Shown: piece after piece, positions 38,440 through 47,363 of the stretch
Position numbering within the stretch: the first letter of the stretch is position 1
Layout of the letters: every line of letters begins with the position of its first letter
Assembly: GCA_965648915.1 (NCBI GenBank)
Contig: CBFGIV010000008.1
Span: forward strand, 1-64,000
DNA: 64,000 nucleotides
Source: a candidate division WOR-3 bacterium
GTDB lineage: Bacteria > Hydrothermota > Tepidihabitantia > SM23-42 > CAYGYG01
Direction of reading: 5' to 3'
Made by a program: the position numbers and the translations under genes
The notes under the pieces: model-generated
What the model saw: only the letters and a program-made list of their open reading frames with translations
Told to the model about the DNA's origin: nothing
Databases searched by the model: none

Positions 38440-39726
38440 ATGGCGAACGGGACGGTTCATTTAAAGATTAGTGATAAGATTACGCTCCTCGCAGAGTTTA
38501 TCCCCCACTTCTATTCCTTTGCGCTGGGATTTTTTATAAATAGTGGTTCAAGAGATGAGGAGTATCAGGAATCGGGGATTACCCATCTGATTGAACATAT
38601 GCTATTTAAAGGGACCGGACGGCGCTCCGCGTTAGAGATTGTAAAGAGGATTGAGGCACTGGGTGGTTCATTCGACGCCTTTACCTCAAAAGAGAATGTG
38701 ATTATTCTCTGCCGGTTCCTGACCGAACATCTGACTGAAATTTTTGATTTGATTGCGGAATTGCTCCTCGAGTCTTCTTTTGATCCAGAGAATCTTGAGA
38801 AGGAGAAGGCAGTGGTGCTGGAGGAGCTGAAGACCCAGCTTGATGACCCGGAGGATTTTGTCTTTGATCAACTTTTTGATCTTCTCTTGAGTCCGCATCC
38901 TTTCAGTTATCCGATTTCGGGACGAGAAGAATCACTCCGGACAATCGACCGGGAAAAGATCACTGGTTTTTATAAAAATTTTCTGGCGCAGCGGTTTGTT
39001 ATTGCCATTGCCGGTAATTTCAATCTTGACCATCTGCTCAACCGGATAAATGACCGTTTTCAGGGCCTGGCCTACAAACCCAGAGTGCGCACCACCCCCA
39101 GAGTCAATCACTCAGTAATCAAAGTTCAGCGCCGCAGCGAACTATCACAGGTTTATGTTGCACTGGGCTCAGGGGCCGAGCCATACCGGAATCCGGAGCG
39201 ATATCCAATGTCTATCTTTAATACTGCATTTGGCGGGGCAATGAGTTCCCGGCTTTTCCAGAGTATGCGCGAGCAGGAAGGATTGGTTTATAATGTTCAG
39301 AGTCTGGTCGAGATGCATGAGGACTGTGGCTTCTTCAGTGTTTATTTTGTGACCGATAAAGATAAACTTAAAAAATCTTTTTTGACCCTTGCCTCAGTAT
39401 TTAAGGCACTCCAGAGCCAGGGGTTTGAAGCGAGTGAAGTTGAAACCGCGCGCTCTTATATTAAAGGTAACCTCCTCCTGAGCCTGGAGCAGTCAACGAG
39501 TCGAATGTTGCGGCTGGGGCGCAATGAACTCTTAACTGGCACGATCGAGCCGGTTGAAGTGACATTGAAGAACTTAGATAATGTCTCTCTCGAGAATGTG
39601 AATCGTCTGATAGAAAAATATATCCGTCCCCAGGACATCTGTCTATCCGTGGTTGGGCCGATTGAAGAAGAAGCGGTCCGAGAGCTGTGGAATAGTGCAG
39701 TATTGCAGGAGATGGAGAAGGGTTAA
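38440..39726 (+). CDS. M16 family zinc peptidase (insulinase-like, HxxEH present)
   Basis: HLIEHMLFKGT inverted zinc motif; common neighbour of pnp. Confidence 0.8.
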   Translation: MANGTVHLKISDKITLLAEFIPHFYSFALGFFINSGSRDEEYQESGITHLIEHMLFKGTGRRSALEIVKRIEALGGSFDAFTSKENVIILCRFLTEHLTEIFDLIAELLLESSFDPENLEKEKAVVLEELKTQLDDPEDFVFDQLFDLLLSPHPFSYPISGREESLRTIDREKITGFYKNFLAQRFVIAIAGNFNLDHLLNRINDRFQGLAYKPRVRTTPRVNHSVIKVQRRSELSQVYVALGSGAEPYRNPERYPMSIFNTAFGGAMSSRLFQSMREQEGLVYNVQSLVEMHEDCGFFSVYFVTDKDKLKKSFLTLASVFKALQSQGFEASEVETARSYIKGNLLLSLEQSTSRMLRLGRNELLTGTIEPVEVTLKNLDNVSLENVNRLIEKYIRPQDICLSVVGPIEEEAVRELWNSAVLQEMEKG

Positions 39727-39747
39727 AGATTAGAAGGGAGTTATGGT

Positions 39748-40290
39748 ATGAGAAAAATTTTAATCCTGACATTAGTCCTCTTATCCTGTGGCGGTAAGGA
39801 AAGAATCAGGCCCAGGGCTGATCTCAAAAATCCCCATCTCTTTATTCAGGTTAAGGACTATGGTTTGATTGAGATTGAACTCTATCCCCGGGTTGCCCCC
39901 CTCAATGTGGCGAATGTTGTCAAACTCGCCCGGAATGGTTTTTATAATGGACTCCTCTTCCATCGGGTAATCAAAAATTTTCTCATTCAGGGTGGCTGTC
40001 CTAAAGGTGATGGCTCGGGTAATCCAGGATACCATATTATCGACGAGATCGATCCTGAACTGAGACTCCAGAAAGGGACAGTGGCTATGGCTAATACCGG
40101 TATGCCGAATACGAATGGTTCTCAGTTCTTTATCTGTCTCCGGGCCTGCCCCGAGCACGATGGTCTCCATACAATTATCGGGAAGGTTATTAGTGGATGG
40201 GAGACAGTCGAAAAGATAAGCGAGGTAAAGACCGATACCCAGGACTATCCGCGTCAGGATGTTGTTATGGAGAGGGTCTGGGTGGAGTGA
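39748..40290 (+). CDS. ppiB: cyclophilin-type peptidyl-prolyl cis-trans isomerase, secreted/lipoprotein
   Basis: FHRVIKNFLIQGG...MAN.G.NTNGSQFFI signature; signal peptide with LLSCGG. Confidence 0.85.
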   Translation: MRKILILTLVLLSCGGKERIRPRADLKNPHLFIQVKDYGLIEIELYPRVAPLNVANVVKLARNGFYNGLLFHRVIKNFLIQGGCPKGDGSGNPGYHIIDEIDPELRLQKGTVAMANTGMPNTNGSQFFICLRACPEHDGLHTIIGKVISGWETVEKISEVKTDTQDYPRQDVVMERVWVE

Positions 40291-40298
40291 AATTGATA

Positions 40299-40326
40299 TT
40301 GACAAATTTAATAAAATAGATATAAT
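40299..40326 (+). promoter_or_regulatory. sigma70-like promoter TTGACA-16-TATAAT
   Basis: Motif aTTGACAAATTT...TATAAT at 40299-40326. Confidence 0.5.
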
Positions 40327-40346
40327 GATTTTAATTTGATCTTGCT

Positions 40347-40407
40347 CGACACCCGTTCCTTGAGTTTTCAGGAACCTGGATAAAAAAAGAATCTAACCCG
40401 GGTGTCG
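40347..40407 (+). promoter_or_regulatory. structured 5' leader: 9-bp perfect outer stem CGACACCCG/CGGGTGTCG enclosing a TTCCT/AGGAA hairpin and an A-rich bulge
   Basis: Complementarity read directly: 40347-40355 pairs with 40399-40407; the inner hairpin is 40356-40374. Confidence 0.4.
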
Positions 40408-40460
40408 TTTATTAAGGAGTGTCGAAAGATACTCCAGGATATTATGCAAGGAGATATGCA

Positions 40461-41792
40461 ATGAGATGCTTTGCTTTTGTTGCGGTTCTGTTAGCAGTGG
40501 GTAGTCTGGTCTGGGCCGAACTGCCACCTTTTGCCCTGCACGCTGATCCAACCCAGATCTCCACACCCAAACCCTATCCATTCCATTCTTTTGGTCCCTG
40601 GGTTGCGATTAACAAACCGACAACCACACCCGATCGTCTGACTCATGCCACGGTCTATTGCAATGGTAAGATTTATATGATTGGTGGCACACCGAATGGC
40701 CAGCCAGGTTCGAATGTAACAACCTGCTCAGAGTATGATCCGGTTGCCAATACCTGGACCGACAAGGCACCGATGACCACAGCCCGGGGCTGGATTAAGG
40801 GTTCAGCGGTAAAAGGGAAGATCTATGTGATTGGTGGTTATTCAAACTCCCAGTCCGTTCTCAATACCAATGAGGAGTTTGACCCGGTGGCAAATTCGTG
40901 GCGCTCAAGAGCCGCCCGGCCCCGTGCTGCCTGTGCTGCGCTTGAGGCGGTCTGGCGTGACACGCTGATCTATGTTATGGGTGGTTATACGGGCACCGGG
41001 GTTACCAATGTCGATATCTACAATCCAGCAACCAATACCTGGTCAACCGGGACCGCATTACCGCAGGCAGCAGATATGGGTGATGCAGCAATCATCGGTG
41101 ATACCATCTATATTGCCCAGGCATACAACCGTCCTGGTGGCTCTGCCTGGCCCAATCTCTATAAGGGTGCAATCAACCCTTCAAATCCTACCCAGATTAC
41201 CTGGAGCCAGGGTCCGGCAATGACTCCACCGGTAGCAATTGGTGGTTCGTGTGCCGCGGGTGGTAATATCTACTGGCTTGGTGGCTTTGAGAATGTGCAA
41301 ACCGTCACCGCTAACTGCAAGAGGTATAACAGGACAACCGGACTGATTGAGAACTATGATACCTATATCCAGCCTCAGGCCCGTTGCTGCTATCTCACGG
41401 CGATTGAGAGCCGTCAGGAGATCTACTGCATTGCTGGTGACTTAAACGGCGACTGGAATCCACCCAACAATGAATATAACAAGAGTTCGATCGTTAAAGT
41501 CGAAGAATACTGGACCTTCAAACAGAAGAGCAATTTCGGTATCGAGACTTCCCGTCCTAATCCGATTAAGAATAATTGTCGCATTGCCTTTGTGATTCCG
41601 CGTGGTGGTAAGGTCGATCTGAAACTCTACAATCTCCAGGGCCAGGCCCTGAAGACCCTGGTCAATACTGAACTATCGGCAGGTCGACATGAGATCTCAC
41701 TCGACACCCGTGACCTTGCATCCGGTGTCTATTTTGTGAAACTGACCCTTGGTAACTACACCACTGAGAATAAACTGACCGTCCTTAAGTAG
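40461..41792 (+). CDS. Kelch-repeat beta-propeller protein with C-terminal T9SS sorting domain
   Basis: Start set at the ATG with AAGGAG 7 nt upstream (signal peptide MRCFAFVAVLLAVGSLVWA). Repeated GKIY.IGG Kelch blades. C-terminal ...GVYFVKL...KLTVLK is a T9SS CTD. Confidence 0.7.
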   Translation: MRCFAFVAVLLAVGSLVWAELPPFALHADPTQISTPKPYPFHSFGPWVAINKPTTTPDRLTHATVYCNGKIYMIGGTPNGQPGSNVTTCSEYDPVANTWTDKAPMTTARGWIKGSAVKGKIYVIGGYSNSQSVLNTNEEFDPVANSWRSRAARPRAACAALEAVWRDTLIYVMGGYTGTGVTNVDIYNPATNTWSTGTALPQAADMGDAAIIGDTIYIAQAYNRPGGSAWPNLYKGAINPSNPTQITWSQGPAMTPPVAIGGSCAAGGNIYWLGGFENVQTVTANCKRYNRTTGLIENYDTYIQPQARCCYLTAIESRQEIYCIAGDLNGDWNPPNNEYNKSSIVKVEEYWTFKQKSNFGIETSRPNPIKNNCRIAFVIPRGGKVDLKLYNLQGQALKTLVNTELSAGRHEISLDTRDLASGVYFVKLTLGNYTTENKLTVLK

Positions 41793-41811
41793 ATTGGATA
41801 TAGATGTTTCT

Positions 41812-41843
41812 GGTGGGGACCGCTCTGGTCCCCACTTTTTTTT
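41812..41843 (+). terminator. rho-independent terminator (GGTGGGGACC-gctct-GGTCCCCAC plus T8)
   Basis: 9-bp GC-rich stem followed by TTTTTTTT at 41836-41843. Confidence 0.8.
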
Positions 41844-41858
41844 ACCCGAAAAATTTAA

Positions 41859-41886
41859 TTGACAAATTTCAAATTATGAATAGAAT
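41859..41886 (+). promoter_or_regulatory. sigma70-like promoter TTGACA-16-TAGAAT
   Basis: aaTTGACAAATTTc motif; AAGGAGG before the ATG at 41929. Confidence 0.5.
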
Positions 41887-41928
41887 ACATTAATAATCTG
41901 GTCAGCGATTTGTAAGGAGGTCATTAAG

Positions 41929-42939
41929 ATGCGTTTATTATCAATAATATTGATTGTCGCCTCTTTTCTATTCGGCGCGGGCCAGCGACCAGGTGCAGTA
42001 TTTTTGATGATCTGGCCCGGAGCAAGATCTACTGCCCTGGCCGGTGCCTATTCGGCAATTGCCGATGATGCGACAACTAACTTCTTCAATCAAGCCGGAC
42101 TGGGATTTATCGATTCAACGATTGTCTCATTAATGCATTGCAACTGGTTACCCGGACTTCACCCCGGTATGTACTACGAATATCTCGGTGCGGTCCGGCC
42201 GATCAAAAAAGGGACAGCGGGCCTGCATATAATCTACCTCACAACCGGCGAGACCGAGGTAGTAAATGAAGACGGTGTTGTGCTGGGGACCTATACAACA
42301 TTTGATGTATCGGCCGGCTTGAATTACGGCATAAGACTCATCCCCTCAGTATCGCTCGGCGGCGGTTTTAAGTTTATCTATTCCTATCTCGTGCCTGACT
42401 GGGTATTCAAGGCAATGCCCGAACTTGGTATCGAGAAGGGGGGGACGGGAGCAACCTGGGCTTTTGATGCTGGTGTCCTCTATCGACCATTCTCTCCTTT
42501 AGCCCTCGGTATGGCTTTACAGAATTTTGGTCCAAACATCAGTTATGTCTCTGAAGGGGCATCTGATCCCCTGCCCAGGACATTAAGATTGGGGTTAAAG
42601 ATCGAACCGCTCCGGACAAAGATTTTCCGGATCACATTGACATCAGATATTACCAAGATTCTTGTTGGTATGTTTGCTGATGAAGACAAACCTTTTTTTG
42701 ATCAACTCGGTTATGAGGCTTATGAGGCGTGGAAGAGCGTTGGGTTAGAGTTGTCTTATTTTCAGGACCTCATCTCCCTGCGCGGTGGATATTTCTGGGA
42801 TATGGAAGGTGCCCGGACCGGACCGACTTTTGGCGGAGGAATCAGTGTTGCCCGCTTCTCGCTCGATATTGCCATCGACCAGAAGATCTATGAGTTTAGC
42901 ACGGTCAATAGAAAGTTCTCGCTATCTTACAAATTTTAA
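41929..42939 (+). CDS. outer-membrane beta-barrel protein, PorV/PorQ (T9SS-associated) family-like
   Basis: Signal peptide, then the conserved MIWPGARSTALAGAYSAIADDATTNFFNQAGLGF block typical of PorV/PorQ-type barrels; C-terminal aromatic ...YKF. Confidence 0.5.
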   Translation: MRLLSIILIVASFLFGAGQRPGAVFLMIWPGARSTALAGAYSAIADDATTNFFNQAGLGFIDSTIVSLMHCNWLPGLHPGMYYEYLGAVRPIKKGTAGLHIIYLTTGETEVVNEDGVVLGTYTTFDVSAGLNYGIRLIPSVSLGGGFKFIYSYLVPDWVFKAMPELGIEKGGTGATWAFDAGVLYRPFSPLALGMALQNFGPNISYVSEGASDPLPRTLRLGLKIEPLRTKIFRITLTSDITKILVGMFADEDKPFFDQLGYEAYEAWKSVGLELSYFQDLISLRGGYFWDMEGARTGPTFGGGISVARFSLDIAIDQKIYEFSTVNRKFSLSYKF

Positions 42940-42996
42940 GAGATTGTTGAAGAATCGCCTTTTATAGTCGTCTTATCCTTTTAAATCAGAATTCCA

Positions 42997-43024
42997 TTGA
43001 CAAATTTTAAAATTTCCTTATAAT
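42997..43024 (+). promoter_or_regulatory. sigma70-like promoter TTGACA-16-TATAAT, transcript leaderless or nearly so
   Basis: -10 ends at 43024 and the ATG is at 43034; no SD. Confidence 0.45.
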
Positions 43025-43033
43025 TTACCCTCT

Positions 43034-43729
43034 ATGGACCGAGAGACCAGGAAGATCTACGATAATGCACTCCAGCTTTATGAAAAAGGCAAGGTGAAAG
43101 AGGCCTTGCAGGAACTGAACAGGGTGGTTGAGGTCTATCCCAACTACGCTGATGTCCATAATGCGCTTGGTCTGGTCTATGCGATGCTGGGAAATTTTGA
43201 AAAGGCAACCGAGTGTTATAAAAAGGCGGTAGAACTGAACCCGAATTATATTGAGGCTTATGTAAATATGGCGATTGTCTTTAATGAACAGTGTAAGTTT
43301 GAAGATGCGATTAAATCTTTTGAGATCGCAGCAAAACTCGAGACCAAGGACAGGGGTTTTTCGCCCCAGCTTAAGGCCAAACTCGCCAATACCTATGCCT
43401 CCCTGGGCGATACTTATACGGAACTGGGTGATTATAAGAAGGCACGCGAAGAATACGAACGGGCGGTCGAGATCAGCCCCGGTTATCTCGATATAAAACT
43501 TAAACTGGCCAAGACCTGTATCAACCTGCATGATTATAAGCGGGCCGAAGAGGTTTTGAGAGAAGTGTTAAAGAAGAATCCAAATTATCTTGAAGCCAAG
43601 ATCAATTTGGGCCTCTGTCTTTACAAACGAAATAAGGTTGAAGAGGCCAAAGCGGTCTGGGAAAATATTTTGAAGAAAGACCCGGAGAATATCAAGGCCC
43701 GGGCATATCTGAATATGTTGAAGCACTGA
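43034..43729 (+). CDS. TPR repeat protein
   Basis: About five canonical TPR units (W/LG/Y/A/F/A/P pattern). Confidence 0.6.
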   Translation: MDRETRKIYDNALQLYEKGKVKEALQELNRVVEVYPNYADVHNALGLVYAMLGNFEKATECYKKAVELNPNYIEAYVNMAIVFNEQCKFEDAIKSFEIAAKLETKDRGFSPQLKAKLANTYASLGDTYTELGDYKKAREEYERAVEISPGYLDIKLKLAKTCINLHDYKRAEEVLREVLKKNPNYLEAKINLGLCLYKRNKVEEAKAVWENILKKDPENIKARAYLNMLKH

Positions 43730-43730
43730 G

Positions 43731-46523
43731 ATGGAAGACTACCGTAAGACACTAAACCTGCTGACGACAACATTCCCGATGAAGGCGGATCTCCCCAGGC
43801 GAGAACCCGAAGTACTCTCTTTCTGGGAGAGGATCGGTCTTTACCAAAAATATCTAAATAAGAATCGTGATAAGCCAAAATTTATTCTCCACGATGGCCC
43901 ACCTTACTCTAATGGCCATGTCCATCTGGGCACGGCATTGAACAAGATTCTCAAAGATATCGTCGTAAAATTTAAGGGGATGAGTGGCTATCTGACACCG
44001 TTCGTGCCGGGCTGGGATAATCATGGTATGCCGATTGAAAACGAGATAATTCGTGAGTTTCGAGAGGGGCAGAGGGATTTAGACCGTTTTGCGGTCAGAA
44101 AGAGGTGTCGGGAATTTGCCCAGGAGTGGATTGATATCCAGCGCCGAGAATTTCAGCGGCTGGGTGTAATGGGTGATTGGGCAAATCCCTATCTGACTAT
44201 GTCCCGGGAATACGAGAGTAAGATCCTCGAGACATTTGCCGACCTTGTTGAAAAGGGTTATATCTATCGAAGTCCGAGACCGGTCCACTGGTGCATTGTC
44301 TGTAAGACATCTCTGGCCAACATCGAAATCGAATATAGGACCAAGACCTCTTACTCCCTCTGGATCAGGTTCCCCCTGGTCAGGGATCCCAATGGCATCT
44401 TCTGGGGATTGCCCCGGGAGAGATCTTATGCAATGGTCTGGACAACAACACCCTGGACCATCCCGGCCAATCTCGCTATTACTGCCCATCCGGACTTTAT
44501 CTATACAATAATTAAAGAGGGTGAAGACTATTATCTTTTAGCCCGGGATCTGGTCGGTGCTGCCCGGGTAGCACTCGGCTTAACCGAAGTTAAAATTCTT
44601 AAAGAGGTACTGGGCCGTGATCTGGATGGTCTGGTATTTCGCCATCCCATTTTCGATCGTGAGTCAAAAATCATCCTCGGGACTTTTGTGACCAGTGATA
44701 CCGGGACCGGTCTGGTCCATACGGCACCGGGCCACGGTTATGAAGATTTTGAAATTGGTCGGAGTTACAATCTTCCGATTCTCTGTCCGGTTGATGAATC
44801 AGGAAGATTTACCGATGAGGCGCTTGAATTTGCCGGGCTCGATCTGAAGTCGGGTGACCTTGCAGTTATGGATACCCTGCGCCGTGAAAAAAATCTTTTG
44901 AAACAGGATACGATTGAACATTCTTATCCTTTCTGCTGGCGGTGTCGGAATCCGCTCATCTTTCGAACAACTTTGCAGTGGTATATGAAGATCGACCATA
45001 ATGATGATCGGCAGAGAAAATTGACCGCACTTGAAAAGGTCCGGTGGTTTCCCGAACGTTCACTCGATCGGATGAGGGCGTTTGTTACTGCCCAACCCGA
45101 CTGGTGCCTGTCCCGTCAGCGTTTCTGGGGTGTCGGAATACCGGTCTTTTACTGTAAAAAATGTGGTGAGGCGATTCTTTCAGCTCCGGTAATCCGTAAG
45201 GTGGCGCAACTGGTGAACGAGTCTTCGGCTGAGGTCTGGTATGATGATGAGAAGATGGGGATGGTGTTTAAGAACTTGACCTGTCCTGAGTGTGGTGCTT
45301 CTGACCTGATTCGGGAGAAGGACATCCTCGATGTCTGGTTTGACTCGTCCTGCTCCAATCTTGTCGTCCTCGAATCAAGGGCCGATCACAACTGGCCGGC
45401 GGATCTATATCTCGAAGGTTCGGATCAACATCGTGGCTGGTTCAGCCTTTCCCTGACTGTAGCAATGGCGCGGCGGGGCGAGCCTCCTTTTAAGGCAGTC
45501 ATTACCCATGGTTTTGTCCTGGACAAAGACGGAATGGCGATGCATAAGAGTCTTGGTAATGCGATCTCACCCCAGGATATTGTGGACCGTTATGGTGCAG
45601 ATGTTCTTCGTCTCTGGGTTGCTTCTTCTGAATATTTTGACGATGTCCGTTGTGGGGACGAGATCCTTGAAAGGGTAGTGGAGGCATATCGGAAGATCAG
45701 GAATACAATAAGATTTTTATTGATAAATACCGCTGATTTCAATTATCAATCGGATCGGGTGGGTGATCAGGAGATAAAATTCATCGATCGCTATATCAGG
45801 AGCCGGTTGCAGAAAGTTATCGAGGAAGCGCTCAAGGGTTATAATGATTATGAATTTCATCGTGTCTTTCATCTCCTCTATCAATTCTGTGTGGTTGAAC
45901 TCTCAGCGGTCTATTTTGATATTCTGAAAGATCGTCTCTATACCTGGCCTAAAAGATCGATTGGTCGGCGTGCAGCCCAGACTGTCCTCTATGAAATCCT
46001 TGAGAGTCTGGTGCTATTACTTGCACCGATCTTGAGTTTTACTGCCGAGGAGGCATACCAGGCGATGAGTGGAGACAAGGCCGAGAGTGTCTTCCTGAAT
46101 CAAATGCCCAGGCCCAGTGCCGGACTGAGGGATGAAGATTTAGAGATGGAGTTTGAACAACTATTCCGCGTGCGCGCCCTGGTTATGAGACGACTCGAAA
46201 TCGACCGACAGGCAAAAAATATTGGTTCGAGTCTGGAGGCTAAGGTCCTGATGGCGATCGAGGATGAAAGGACCCGGAGTTTAGTCGATAAGTATCTCGA
46301 AAATCTCCCGGCTTTTTTCATCGTTTCCGGGATTGATCTGGTTGAGAAAGAGAAACTGAGTGCGGGCTCTTTATATGATAATGATATCAAATTAGGGGTA
46401 GATATTAAACGGGCAGAAGGGAGTAAGTGCCGTCGCTGCTGGATCTATTCAACCGAGGTCGGAGAGAATGATACCTATCCTGACCTTTGCACAAAATGTG
46501 TTAATGCCTTGGAGGAACGATGA
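43731..46523 (+). CDS. ileS: isoleucine--tRNA ligase
   Basis: HIGH-class motifs (PYSNGHVHLGT), KMSKS-region and C-terminal Cys4 zinc finger. Confidence 0.9.
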   Translation: MEDYRKTLNLLTTTFPMKADLPRREPEVLSFWERIGLYQKYLNKNRDKPKFILHDGPPYSNGHVHLGTALNKILKDIVVKFKGMSGYLTPFVPGWDNHGMPIENEIIREFREGQRDLDRFAVRKRCREFAQEWIDIQRREFQRLGVMGDWANPYLTMSREYESKILETFADLVEKGYIYRSPRPVHWCIVCKTSLANIEIEYRTKTSYSLWIRFPLVRDPNGIFWGLPRERSYAMVWTTTPWTIPANLAITAHPDFIYTIIKEGEDYYLLARDLVGAARVALGLTEVKILKEVLGRDLDGLVFRHPIFDRESKIILGTFVTSDTGTGLVHTAPGHGYEDFEIGRSYNLPILCPVDESGRFTDEALEFAGLDLKSGDLAVMDTLRREKNLLKQDTIEHSYPFCWRCRNPLIFRTTLQWYMKIDHNDDRQRKLTALEKVRWFPERSLDRMRAFVTAQPDWCLSRQRFWGVGIPVFYCKKCGEAILSAPVIRKVAQLVNESSAEVWYDDEKMGMVFKNLTCPECGASDLIREKDILDVWFDSSCSNLVVLESRADHNWPADLYLEGSDQHRGWFSLSLTVAMARRGEPPFKAVITHGFVLDKDGMAMHKSLGNAISPQDIVDRYGADVLRLWVASSEYFDDVRCGDEILERVVEAYRKIRNTIRFLLINTADFNYQSDRVGDQEIKFIDRYIRSRLQKVIEEALKGYNDYEFHRVFHLLYQFCVVELSAVYFDILKDRLYTWPKRSIGRRAAQTVLYEILESLVLLLAPILSFTAEEAYQAMSGDKAESVFLNQMPRPSAGLRDEDLEMEFEQLFRVRALVMRRLEIDRQAKNIGSSLEAKVLMAIEDERTRSLVDKYLENLPAFFIVSGIDLVEKEKLSAGSLYDNDIKLGVDIKRAEGSKCRRCWIYSTEVGENDTYPDLCTKCVNALEER

Positions 46524-46894
46524 AGAGGAAGATCGATTTTAAGTTTTTTGAGAAAATATTATTGAAGGAGCGCGAGAAGATTTTAAAGCAACTGGGACAC
46601 TCAGTCAACGCCATTTCCAGACCCCAGACCGAACTCTCCGGTGATCTCTCTTCCTACTCTTCCCATATGGCCGACCAGGGGTCAGATACCCAGCAGCGTG
46701 AGATTGCATCGCAACTCCTTTCTTCCGAACGAAAAAACTTGAGCGAGATCGAACATGCCCTTAAGAAGATCGAGAAGAAGAAATACGGTCTGTGTGAAAA
46801 GTGTGGTAAAAGTATTGAAAAGAAACGTCTGGTCTTAATCCCCTATACAAGATTCTGTATTACCTGCCAGAAAGGGACCGAGCATAAAAAATAG
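46520..46894 (+). CDS. DksA/TraR-family C4 zinc-finger protein
   Basis: C-terminal CEKCGKSI...CITCQ; N-terminal coiled-coil region. Confidence 0.7.
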   Translation: MKRKIDFKFFEKILLKEREKILKQLGHSVNAISRPQTELSGDLSSYSSHMADQGSDTQQREIASQLLSSERKNLSEIEHALKKIEKKKYGLCEKCGKSIEKKRLVLIPYTRFCITCQKGTEHKK

Positions 46895-46931
46895 AATTAT
46901 TTCGTTTTTACTGGCGGTATCTGTTTTTGCA

Positions 46932-47363
46932 TTGGATCAGGTCACGAAGATGATTGTTACCAGTAGTCTGAAACCGTATGAGACTTTCCCTTTGCTCTCT
47001 TCCATTCTGCAGATCAAACTGCGCTATAACCCCTACGGGGTTTTGAGCATATCATTCGGTGCCGAGTATGTCTACTATATCATCAATACCGTCGGGATTG
47101 GTTTGATTGTCCTGTTTATCATAACCCTGCGTAATAACAATTTTGAACGTCTGGTGCTGGGCATAATTTTAGGTGGTGCGATTGGTAATACACTGGATCG
47201 AATCAGGATCGGCAAGGTGATCGATTTTATCGATATGGGCATAAATGATCTGCGCTGGCCAACCTATAATATTGCTGATGCTGCCCTTACGATCGGCATC
47301 ATCCTGATTCTTATTCATGGACTTTTAACTAAAGATGTGTCGGGAAAGATTACCAATAGTTAG
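46932..47363 (+). CDS. lspA: lipoprotein signal peptidase II
   Basis: LDQVTK, GGAIGN.LDR, DF.D....WP.YN.AD motifs. The frame is open upstream to 46893 with no ATG/GTG/TTG, so the true start is likely a non-canonical codon upstream and would include TM1. Confidence 0.75.
   Translation: MDQVTKMIVTSSLKPYETFPLLSSILQIKLRYNPYGVLSISFGAEYVYYIINTVGIGLIVLFIITLRNNNFERLVLGIILGGAIGNTLDRIRIGKVIDFIDMGINDLRWPTYNIADAALTIGIILILIHGLLTKDVSGKITNS

Noticed and set aside
39781-40305. 174-aa minus-strand ORF antisense to the cyclophilin gene
   Set aside because: The plus-strand product has an unambiguous cyclophilin signature and a signal peptide; the antisense translation has no motifs.
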